From Eremomyces bilateralis CBS 781.70 (lineage: Eukaryota): DNA of 64,000 nucleotides. Made by a program: the position numbers and the translations under genes. The stretch is from assembly GCA_010015585.1 (NCBI GenBank), contig ML975156.1. One strand, written 5' to 3'. Of this stretch, positions 24,071-35,912 are shown piece by piece; positions within the stretch are counted from its first letter, which is position 1; every line of letters begins with the position of its first letter. The notes beneath the pieces were generated by a model, which saw only the letters and a list, made by a program, of their open reading frames with translations, ran no database searches and was not told the DNA's origin.

Positions 24071-26826
24071 ATGTTCGACGCACTGCTTAGCCCGCTCACA
24101 CGGGACCCCATGCTCCAAGTCCTCATTGTCCTCGCCTCCCTCACCGTCTTCCTCTCCGGCATCTTAGTCGCTGCCTTCTCCTCCCATTTTAAGTACGCGG
24201 ACCTCAAAGAGTCCGCGTACGCCTACGGCAAGTTCGCGTACGGCTGCTTCCTCAAACCGCATAGCGGAGACACGGGAAACCAGCAGGATGCCCTCGAGAG
24301 CTTCTACCGTGCCCAGGCGTCCGCGTATGATGCGACGCGGGAGAAGCTGCTGCGGGGTCGGGAAGATATGTTGGGGCTCGTCGCGGCGCAGATGGCGCAT
24401 AGGAAAGAATCAGGAGCGCTGTTGAATAAGATCATCTGGGTGGATGTGAGTTTCCCCACGCTTTCAATCCACCGCATATGCATGATGTTAAACGAATTAT
24501 GTTTGCTTCCCCCCCCAGCTCGTTATTCCCATGCAGCTTGACTAAGACAACCCCGCGCGCTATGCAAGGCCGTCCCAATTGACCAATAATGACCGTCGTT
24601 GCAGATCGGAGGCGGCACGGGCTGGAACATCGAGGAGATGGGTCGCTTTCTTGACGTTCAGACATTCTTCCACGCCGTCTACCTCGTCGATTTCTCCCCG
24701 TCGCTGTGCGAAGTCGCCCGCGCCCGTTTCGAGCGGCTGGGCTGGGCGAATGTCAAGGTCATCTGCCAGGATGCGCGGAAATTCCGACTCCAGGACCACG
24801 AGACACCCGACGTCGAGAAAGCGGCGTCGGAGATATCAGGAGCGCCGTATGAGCCCGATCAGCCCCCTGCTCTGGTCGGCGCAGATCTGGTGACGATGAG
24901 CTATGCGTTGTCGATGATTCCAGAGTACTATTCGGTGATCGATAGCCTCGCAAACCTCCTGTCACCTACAGGGATCTTTGGCGTCTGCGATTTCTATGTC
25001 CAAAGCCGACACGACTATCAGAATCGGAACTACACCGGCGGCTTTGTCGATCGACATTGTACTTGGATATCCCGTACCTTTTGGCGCACGTGGTTTGAGA
25101 TCGACCGGGTGAACCTCGAGCCTGCGAGGCGGGACTATCTCGAGTATAAGTTTGGGACAGTGCTGAGTACCAATGGCCGAAACCACTTCTTTGGCGTGCG
25201 GATCCCGTACTACGTCTGGATCGGCTGTGCGAAGGAGAGTGCCCTGACTGAAAACCGAATCGCTGAACTAGATGCCGCCGCAACGGAGTCACCGTTCCTC
25301 TCAGCACTAGACTTACAAGTGAAAACGCAGTACCAAAGAACCAACTACTTCGATAACCGATCGAAGGCGTTCATGTCTGCAGTCGTCAATCTTGCGGCGA
25401 GTCTGCCGCTCCCTTCAAGCTGGTATCAGAACCATCACTGGAGGATATACTACGATGACCGGCTTCCGAAGCACACGCAATTCAACAATGACTACATCTA
25501 TGCATTTACGTGGGAAGACAGCCGCGTGGATGCTCGACTCCTGAAAATCCAACCAGACGACGTCATTTTGGCCCTCAGCAGTGCTGGCGACAATATTCTC
25601 TCATACCTTTTGCAAGGCTCAAAACGCGTGCATGCTGTGGATCTCAAGTAAGTTCGAGGCGTTCCATCTCAACCCCCCCCTCTAACGATATCTAGCCCCT
25701 CACAAAACCATCTCTTGGAACTGAAAGCAGCCGCATTCCAGGCGCTTGGGTATGCTGACTTCTGGAAAGTCTTCGGTGAAGGCCGCCACGAGAACTTCCA
25801 GCAGCTCCTCATCGAAAAGCTCTCCCCTCACATGAGCAGCGCAGCCTTCCAATTCTGGCTCCATCGCGGCCCCGATACCTTCGGCAAGACCGGCCTCTAC
25901 AGTACCGGCGGTTCCCGCCACGCCATCGTCCTACTCCGTCACCTCTTCAAAGTCCTCGGCATGCGCACGGAAGTCGACCGCCTCTGCACCGCCGGCACGC
26001 TGAACGAGCAGAAGGAGGTCTGGCACCGCAGCATCCGCCGCGTGTTGCTCAGCCGCCTCCTCTGCTGGGCGATCGTCAGCAACGAGAAATGGCTCTGGAA
26101 AGCCCTCGGCGTTCCCCCCAACCAGCGCGCCCTCATCGAGCACGACTACATCCGCCAAGGCGACGCGCAGGACGCCTCGCGCGATATCCCCACCGCGCGC
26201 GCGAACAACACCGGCCGCGCCATCTGGGCGTACGTCGAGAACACCCTGGATCCGGTCGTCGAGAACACGCTGCTGAGCGACGACAACCACTACTACTTGA
26301 TGTGTCTTCAGGGACGATATTCCCGGCGCTCGCATCCCGAGTATCTCAGTCCGTCAGCGCACGTGCAGCTCTCCCGGCCCGGTGCGTTCGACGGGCTGCG
26401 CATCCATACGGACGAGATCAACGAGGTGATCTCGCGCATGACGCCGGGGACGCTGTCGATTGCGGTGGTGATGGATAGTATGGATTGGTTCGATACGGAT
26501 GGGCGGGAAGCCACGACGCAGATCGAGCGGCTGAATCGCGCGTTGAAGATGGGCGGGCGGGTATTTTTAAGGAGCGCGGGGTGTAATCCGTGGTATATTC
26601 AGCGGTTTGAGGAGAATGGGTTTGCACCGAAGCGGGTGGCGGTGCGGGTGCCGGGATCGTGTATGGATCGGTGAGTTTTTGTTAGAGGATTTCGGTGGAT
26701 GGGTTGGTACTGACTACATCTAGGGTGAATATGTATGCGTCGACGTGGATCTGCACAAAGGTCGGCGAGATAGAGGGCCACCGCCTACGAAAGACCTCCA
26801 GCCCTGTGACGCCGCTTGAACTCTAA
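24071..26826 (+). CDS. BTA1: Betaine lipid (DGTS) synthase, methyltransferase + BtaA-like fusion
   Basis: Four exons. LESFY..QA..YDATR..LLRGRE, WVD-IGGGTG, YAFTWED, SAGDN, VMDSMDWF, DRVNMYASTW. Confidence 0.92.
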
Positions 26827-27154
26827 GTTGGCATATTGAGGGGGTACCGGCGTTTGGAATCGGGGTGCATCCAACGCGACGATATAATTGAAAAGGTTCC
26901 CATTGAACAGTTTTAGCTACAGTGGTTCGCGGCGTTGTATACCAGTTGATCTATCTCTTTCGTCGTCCGTCAAATACCCCACAAATCAATAGACCAGGTT
27001 TCCGCGTCGTTGGACTTTGATAGCAAAGAATGACGGCACCTTCTGCGCCAGACAGCTGCTTTTACTCCGAGATAGCTTCATGCACTTGATCTATTCGAAC
27101 AAGCTCGTCTCACATCGAGACTCTGATCCGCCCAACATTGCTCTACTCGTGGAT

Positions 27155-28055
27155 CTAGCTCCCCGCCGCCTTCTTCCCCTCCGCCTCCAACTCCCGTTCC
27201 GCGTTCCGGTAGTACTTCGCCGTGTCCACACCATGCTAATAAATGCAAGTCAGCTGATCTACCCTTAATGAAAGCATACCACCCCATGCCGGACTAAACA
27301 GAAGGCTTACCATGTTGTGATTGACGATGTTGAACATAGGAAGGACGTGCAGCAGCACTTGCGAGTTCCGTGAGTTCCTCGCCGCCACGCCCTGCATGTA
27401 CTCCGAGAGCCGAGACTCGCCGTACAGCGGCAGACCCTTCTTGACGCGATCGGTCATCTCCCGCATGTCCATTTCCGTCTCGCGGGCGTTCTCACGGAAG
27501 CCCATAAATCGGTCTGGTTGGCAACAATCATTAGCATCCATCTTCCTATCCCGTACATTCGAATTTGAGGAATCCATGGGAGGATGGGCGGACTCACAGG
27601 ATGAGCGGACGTAGAGCACGCAAAATGCGGTCATCAACCCGACCGAGAAGTTAACCCGTTGGCACGCTTTATATGCCATCTTGGTGTCGCTGCCATAGCG
27701 GCCGTGCCACCAGTGGAAGAATCCGACACCGGTCCAGGGGAGGATGGCGAATTCGGCCCAGTCGGATGGGCGAGCGTACTTGACGACTCGGGTGAAGTGG
27801 CTGAGGGAGCGTTAGTACCAGGGAGGCGTCCGTAGCATGTTGTCGGTTGAAGGGGGATTTGTCAATGGGATAAGGACATCAGACGTACGGATCGAGGTCA
27901 ATGGGCTGTAGAAGATCGGTTAGCAATCATCTCCGTGCCGTAATAGAAGCGGAAGCATCACTTACTGGATAGGCCGTCACGGATCGCTGAGGTGGGATGA
28001 CCTTGCCGGTCTGCATGGGAGCCACATTGGAGGGCTCATATTCGTCGTCCGCCAT
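27155..28055 (-). CDS. Mitochondrial complex I accessory 21 kDa subunit (NUXM / NUO-20.9-like)
   Basis: Five exons including a 17-nt exon. YPPIDLDPHFTRVVKYARPSD, RFMGFRENARE, GVAARNSR, VNHNMHGVDTAKYY. Confidence 0.88.
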
Positions 28056-28406
28056 GATTACCGCTTCCCCCAAGGCCAATTGAGATGGAGTGGAAAGGAA
28101 TCGTCCGGAGTGAATGGAAGATATCAAGGTTCAAGAACGGGTTGCAGCTTGAGCCTTGAATTGCTCCTCCTCAAGTCCTCATTCAGCTGCGCTCTCATTG
28201 GTCGATGGCCCGTGCCCTGGCAGCGCCGGCTGAACTTCGGCTAGAAACTTGATATGGCGCTGGGGAACGCTCGTTCACGTAACGCGATCAACTTTTGGGT
28301 GAAAGAAATCAAGGCGCATGAACGGGATAACGACGAATGCATTAGGGATTCTTTCTCTTTCTTTACAGCCTTTGATATGACGCGTCCGGCTGTGTAATTC
28401 CTCGAT

Positions 28407-31400
28407 ATGGAGTCATCATCATCATCACGTCCGTCGAACGGCAACTCCGTACCGTTTCGACACTCGCCCACGGCAAGAACTCCTGTCGCGGACCTACAAG
28501 GCGATACGGCGAACGAATATGCGGAACTTGCGAAGAAGCACTGGCTGAAGAGCTCAAAAGCCGTCAAGGTCAGGCCGAACGTTGTGAAGGAGGAAATATG
28601 GGATCCCTTGGAGAAGAATAACTTCCCCTATGGAGAGCTTCTTGCGCTGGAAAACCTCCAGGTCGTGGAAAGGTAAGCTGGGTTCTGGCATTTTCAGGAA
28701 ACATACGGATGGCGCTGACTGTATCTAGCTATCTCTGGCCTGGCTTCACTGAGAACTCGTCGAATTTCCACGTCCTGCTCCTTGCCCTCTTCGTCAACGT
28801 CAAAATCCGCGAAAACCTTCCGGCCTGGGATCTCTTCTCGGAGCGACCAGCCGAGTTCTCAGCATTCTTCCGCCGAGTCCTCTCTCTCACTATCGATGAG
28901 TCGCTTTCTATTTCCCTCCGGACAAACCTGGTTTGCTTCGTCATCGGTGCTTTTGGGTCCTTGGACAAGGGACTAGTCCGGAAGGAATGTGCCCCATTGG
29001 TCTCCATTGGAGTATGGCACAATCTACACAGCTCTTCTACCCGGGAACGGATATTGGAGGATAACTCCATATTCAAGAAAGCGTGGAGGGCCGCGAACAA
29101 GCGGTTTGATGCAGCGGACGAGCCCACCAAAGTCAAACTGAACTTCGATCGTGCATGGCTCGCAACGCTACTCTCGGAATTCCTGAACCAGCTGTACTCC
29201 TCAGAAGCGCTTCCTTCCACTGCAGTGGTCATCTACTGCGAGCGGGTTCTGGAGCTACTGGTCGATTTACAGAGCCAGGTACCGACCAGGCGCTATGTGA
29301 ACGCTCTGGTTCGAGACCTTAACCTTCTTCCCGCCATCCGCCTTTCTCCAATCCTCAACGATGAAGATCAATCGTTGCTCCGTGACATGTGCAGCCTCCT
29401 TCAGCATTATACGAGCTTCCCCGTCAATGACCAGACCGGTCGACCTTACTCACAGCAGGAGTATCATGAGTTGCATTGCAAACAATTAGCACGACTGCAA
29501 CGGGTGGCATTGAAAACCTTGGACTCAAAGTTGAAGCTACTGTCGCTGTCGAACTACGGTTCGTTGGAGCAACGAGATGAGTTGACCGCGCACGTTAAGG
29601 ACCTCGATCTGGAGGAACTCAAGCAATTGTGTGCAGAACTTGGATTCAGAATCGAGTATCATTCATCTAGCAACGTTGTCCAAGATAGAGAATTCTACTT
29701 GGAAGTTCTGCTTTCCGCCTTCGAGCGACAACCTACATTCCAGGACACAGCACGCAAACTTCAGGTTGTCCCAACGGAACGATCGCTGTATGAGCCGGCA
29801 ATATCAAGAAGCGAATCATACGACGGCTCCAGACCCCTTGCTCTCCCGAAACTCAACCTTCAGTACCTCACGGTGGGTGACTTCCTATGGCGCTCCTTCG
29901 TCCTCTACCGTTCCGAATCGTTCTTTGCCATCCGCAATGATGTCGAGCTTGTCATCAAAAAGATGCAGCCACGGCGTGACGGGCTGAACACGGTCCGATT
30001 TGATGGCTCCTCGAAGATGGCGTTGCCAATATCCAAACCTGCGATAACGGACGTGGCACCAGCTAAGGTCGGAGAGGTCCTCCCTTCGCAGGTTCGCGCC
30101 GAGATCATTCTGGATGTGGCCAGGCTGCCGTATCCGGTTCGGCGAGATTGGGAATCGCTGAAACCCGACGACGTCGTGTTCCTCGCCGCGATTAATCCGG
30201 CTACGAAAGAGTTGATGACAGATGGAAATGATTTCGCCAAGCCAAATGACAAGATTGGGTTGGCGCATCTCCGTTCAGCGCAGATCATTCAAGTGCAAGA
30301 CGAGAACGGCAAACCGCTTCGAGAGCAGCAGCAAAATCAGACGAATGGAGAAGGTCGAAGACGGAAACAGCTGAGGTTGATTGTGAATCTGGACCCTGCG
30401 GCATACCATGACGATACCGATCCGAGCAAGAAGTCCCGAGTCGAGGTCTACGAGAACATTAACCTCATAATCCGAAGAAGGGCCCGTGAAAACAACTTCA
30501 AATCCATCTTGGATTCCATCCGGAAGCTAACACTATCGGATATACCAGCACCATCCTGGCTGCAAGAAGTCTTCCTTGGTTATGGCGACCCGTCAAGTGC
30601 GTCCTACAAGAAACTTCCGAACCGTCTTCAATCCATTGATTTCCGAGATACATTCTTGGATTGGCCGCATCTTGTCGAATGTCTCCAGGGCAGAAGTATC
30701 GAGCCAAGCGACGATGCCCAATCTAGCTTCGCTCCGCCTTACGTGCTTGGTTTCTCCGAGTCCGCCAAGGACGAACCTCCGCGTACTTCCAAAAAACGGC
30801 GGAGAGGCCAGGACGATGAGCCTCAGCCAGTGGTAGAGTCGGTCAAGGTATCGACGTACAAGCCCACGAACATGGGCCCATACCCCTCAGACGCGCCGAA
30901 GCTGAACACCGTACGGTTCACCCCTACCCAAGTCGAAGCAATCATATCCGGAACGCAACCTGGGCTGACCGTGATTGTCGGCCCCCCCGGAACCGGAAAG
31001 ACGGACGTCGCCACGCAAATCATCAACAACATCTACCACAACTTCCCACAGCAACGGACTCTCCTAATCGCGCATAGCAACCAGGCCTTGAATCAGCTCT
31101 TCCAGAAAATCGTGGCTCTCGACATCGACGAACGCCATCTTCTCCGGCTGGGCCACGGCGAAGAAGAACTCGAGACTGAATCTAGCTACAGCAAGCATGG
31201 CAGGGTCGACTCTTTCCTGGAGATCGGGCAAAAGTACTTGGGCGAAGTGACTCGCCTAGCAGCGAACTTTGAGGCACCCGGTGCGCATGGAAGCTCGTGT
31301 GAGACCGCCGACTACTTCAATTCCGTCTACGTCAAACCGGCTTGGACGAAATATTGGGACCAAGCACAAGATGCCTCGACTACCGTCGAGGAGGTCATCG

Positions 31401-32807
31401 AGACGTTCCCATTGCACAACTACTTCTCCAACGCCCCACAGCCTGTTTTCCCAGCTACCGCCTCCAAGGACGAAGTTCTGGAGATCGCCGAAGGCTGCTA
31501 CCGCCATGTCAGCAAAATTTTCTCGGAGCTCGAAGATATCCGTCCGTTTGAGATTTTACGGAGCCCGCGAGACAAAGCGAACTACCTATTGATCAAAGAA
31601 GCCCGGATCATCGCCATGACATCGACGCACGCGGCCATGCGTCGGCAAGAAATCGCTAATCTCGGGTTCCATTACGATAACGTCGTCATGGAGGAAGCAG
31701 CGCAAATCACCGAGATTGAGAACTTCATCCCGCTTGCTCTACAGAAACCCGACAAAGGTGACCTGCCTCTGCAGCGCATCGTCTTATGCGGCGACCACTT
31801 CCAAAATTCCCCAATCATTCAGAACATGGCCTTCCGACAGTACGCCAAACTGGAGCAGAGTATGTTCCTACGCCTCGTCAGACTTGGAGTGCCAACCATC
31901 ATGTTGGACCAGCAAGGTCGTGCCCGGCCTTCCATTGCCGAGCTATACAAGTGGAGATACCCCAAACTTGGAAACCTACCGAACGTCGAAACCGGGGCGG
32001 AATTTCTCACTGCCAATGCGGGATTCCGATATGACTACCAGTTCATCGACGTCCCAGACTATAAGGGCAAAGGCGAGCATGAACCGAGTCCGCACTTCAT
32101 GCAGAATCTCGGAGAAGCCGAATATGCCGTGGCGTTGTTTATGTACATGCGACTGTTAGGCTACCCAGCTTCCAAGATCTCGATCCTCACAACGTATGCT
32201 GGGCAGCGGGCTTTGATCCGCGATGTCCTCCAGCATCGGTGCGCGAAGAATCGATTGTTCGGCATGCCAAGGATCGTGGTGACGGTGGACAAGTATCAGG
32301 GCGAGCAAAACGACTGTAAGTGGAATGGTCTCAACGTCATGCGTCACAATGGCTAACTTTACTACAGATATCATTTTATCTCTCGTCCGGAGTCGCCGTA
32401 TCGGCTATCTCCGCGACATCCGCCGTCTCACCGTCGCTCTTTCCCGTGCACGACTCGGTCTCTACATCCTCGGTCGCCGCGAAGTCTTCGAATCATGTTA
32501 CGAGCTCCAAGAAGCCTTCGGGCAGCTCTTTTCGCGCGATACAAAACTCAGCCTGGTACCCAATGAGTTCTTCCCGACCCCACGCCTCCTCGACGCGCAG
32601 AAAGTCGAGTCGGTAGCGATGGAAGGGGTGGAGCATCTGGGCCAGTATGTCTATGAGATGACGCAGGCGAAGGTCGAGGCGCTGAAGGCGGAAGGAGGGA
32701 AGATGCCGGCGTTGGAAGCGCCGGTGGAAGATGTGGATATGGATGATGAGGTGGATCGCGGATATGAAGTGGAGGCGGGGGTTGAGGTGGACGAAGATGA
32801 AGATTGA
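28407..32807 (+). CDS. AQR: Intron-binding spliceosomal RNA helicase Aquarius (Cwf11/AQR)
   Basis: Introns 28673-28728 and 32316-32368. [44 protein letters not shown]. Confidence 0.95.
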
Positions 32808-33070
32808 GATATTGTTGGTGCCGAGCACCTCATTTTTCAAAAAGTTTGATCATAGTCGGATGCCATTGGAGGAACGACTAGAGTGAAGGACCTCTTTATA
32901 GCGGTTCTAAAAACCCCGTGGATTGGGTGTATATGATGGCCTTGCCGTCATACTCGGGATAGTTGTGTCTTTTTGACATACTATCCAGGTTCATAATTGG
33001 CCACTTTCAAGTACATGTAAGATTAATGGATTCAATATTGAAACCGTTCTCGCATGACTCCCACCAAAGT

Positions 33071-33108
33071 AGGATGCCTTATGATGCCTCATGATGCGTC
33101 ATGATGCG
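33071..33108. repeat. Imperfect 10-bp tandem repeat (ATGATGCNTC) x~4
   Basis: aggatgcctt atgatgcctc atgatgcgtc atgatgcg. Confidence 0.7.
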
Positions 33109-33628
33109 AGATTCTCGCTTCTAGTACGAACGGGTACGGTACTGCTACTTGAAACTTTTGTAGAAAGCAGATTGGCTTCGCTACCTAGAGGACCTAATCT
33201 ATGTGTGGTTAAAATGAGTCTCATCAATCCTAATGTTTGGTTCAAGAATGCGTAGTCTTTCTGAGATGTTCTTACTTTAAAGTTGCCCAGTCTCCCTTTG
33301 GTCCTTAATGCCCTAACTTATCCCTACTAACTATACTAAATTCGATCGTGTCTTCTCCGCCAATGTTTGGGCTGTCAGTCATGCCAAGGATACTGTACTA
33401 TGTACCGTATGGAGCTAATTTCCGTAGCGTCCCGAGACATATTAGATTTCTTGATGCGAGTTGCAAGTCATCGCCTGTCGAATGTAGCAAATCAGTCAAG
33501 ATTCCGATCCATCGCATTTTATCACGAGGCATCAGGTGGGATAGCAGATTGGTAACATCCGTTTCTATTGGTACATTCAAATCCAACCAAGGATTGATAA
33601 TAAAAATACACGGATGTTCCCATTCCGG

Positions 33629-35912
33629 TCATATATACCTTGGAACAGACATTATTGAGAGGTGACCAGGTCGCATGGTATCTCTCCACCCTAACGACAA
33701 CTCCCGAGGCGACATTGCGTGTCCCATATCCTTTGCGAGTTGGTGGTTGGTGTATTGAGAATCCTGAGGTGACATTGGGTATCCCATTTCCTTTGAGAAT
33801 TGGTGCTCCCTGTACCGTGAATCCTCTGAGGATGTCTCGGAATAATAATTTCGTTTCGAAAGCTTTTTGCTTGGGGTCCGCACCCGAGGAGCTCGTGGAG
33901 CCTTCCCACGCACATGTCGTCTCATACCCCTTCGGATGTCTTTCCCATAGACATACATGATCGGTAGGCCCATCGAAACGACGCCTAACATGATGGCATA
34001 TATGATCCAGATGAACATATATCCGCGCTCTTCTACCCAGCTGGATACCTTGAAAGACAAGGCGAATCCGACGATCGATCGGAATGCGGAGACGTTGATC
34101 AACACGGGTCTAAAGGAAAGTCAGCATATATATCTGAAAGTCGAAACGATCCCGACATACCCAGCCCACTCGGGGTAGCTTTCTACGCAGTATACCGAGC
34201 TAATGGTAGCCCCTGAAAGGTACATAATAGCGATGAGGAACATTCCAGAGATGATGACCATCCAGTGCAGTTCAAGATGTTCGCCACCGAACCCAATAAG
34301 TATGCATCCGCCACAGCCGCATGCGATGGGGATGATGAGGTTCAACAGATGCATTTCCGGCTCGCGGTTGCCGCCATTCTTCTTAGCAGAGTAGTTGGCC
34401 AGTGCATCGCCCCCCTTCCCGCAGATGAGCCATGAAACCGGGGATGCGACGAGGATGGCAAACGTAGCAAATCCGAGTCGTTCGAACTCCCACCCTTTCG
34501 CAAGCAGAACAGGGGCGACCATCTGAGCAGCAGCGCTTGCGATCGCGACCATGGCGCTGTTCAGGAGCACAATCCAGAAGATGTTCGGAAAGAAGTATGA
34601 CTTCGCGGTGTAGATAAACGACTTGTGTGTCGTCCTCCAATTCGCCTTTCGATTGAAGATCCCGAAGTTAGAGGAGAAATTACGACTTCCATATATCTTT
34701 GGGTCAAGCTCCGGTCGATATTCGCCGATTTTCAAGTGGAACTTGGATTGTCCATCTATTGTCATCAGCTTTGCTCTTACCAATCAGTCCATTGAACGTA
34801 CTGAGCTCCTCTGGAGTCCGTTCCCATCGGGTTTCAGGTACGAATATACAAACGAGCAACCAAGCGACGAAAACTGCTCCACCAAGAATGGCGTATAGCT
34901 CCCGCCAGCCCCAGTGGATGATCACTATTGGGGAAAGGACGCCAGATGCGACACTGATAGCACCCTGCTCACGTCAGTGTACGAAATCACATGGTACAAA
35001 GTCCACAAACCTGCATCGCCCATAAGACACTGACGTTTCTGTTCCTCTCATGGATGAAAAACATGTCTTGAATTACTAGTCGCAGTTAGGGACGCCTGTA
35101 AATGCACTGAGTATAAAGATATTACTCACCAAGGGGTAGGACATTCTGCGCTATTGCCGTCCCAACTGCAATATAACAGAGGGCGGCAACATGGCTGTCG
35201 AGCGAAGCGCTAAGGCCCGCCCAGATAGCTCCAGTCCATGCTATCATACCACAGAGCACAAGGACGAGTCTCCGTCCTAATGCAAGGGTGAGAGGAACAA
35301 TCAGATACTGTGACAGTCCTGTGGTTAATAACGGCATGGAGGCCAGAAAGTACACTTTCCAGACTGGTGGGCCATTCAATCCAGCATAGAACTCCAGTGG
35401 ATTGTGTGATACTGAATCGGATGGAAGCTTTTTGATCTTCGCGACTTCCTTTATGCTGATTCCGGAATAATATATTATGAAGACGGGGACGAGACTGGCG
35501 ACTGCAGTCTCCGCTGCGATGCTAACAGCACCAACTGAGACATGTTAGGCCAATATGGATTTCGAATGCTCTTCATCACTCACATATCGCTAATGAACCG
35601 ACGGCAAGTCTCTTTCTCCATGGAGGAAGATTGAGAGGATCTACGATTTGATCAGTCTCTTGTTTCTTTGGGTCAGATGTTCTCCTCACCTTTCGGATCC
35701 GGTGTAGGTATCGGTATATATTTCAGTTGGTTGTTCGTATCGTAGAGCTTGGTGGATCCTCCAACGAAGCTCTGTCTAATCGATGCGATGCCGTTCCGGA
35801 GAGTCTGTCGCCGAGCATGTCTGACGTCCGAATGAGGCCTTTCCCGTCGACTCATGGGCTCACCATAAGTGGCCAATATTTCCTTGTCCAGGACATACTT
35901 CTCTTCCGGCAT
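33629..35912 (-). CDS. Major facilitator superfamily transporter (multi-exon)
   Basis: PTPDPKDPLNLPPWRK, PLTLALGRR, IQDMFFIHERN, WGWR, FVPETRW, REPEMHL, YCVESYP. At least five GT-AG introns; some boundaries approximate. Confidence 0.85.

Noticed and set aside
24446..24605. Stwintron in BTA1 intron 1
   Set aside because: Removing an inner intron at the internal CAG sites does not reconstitute a donor.
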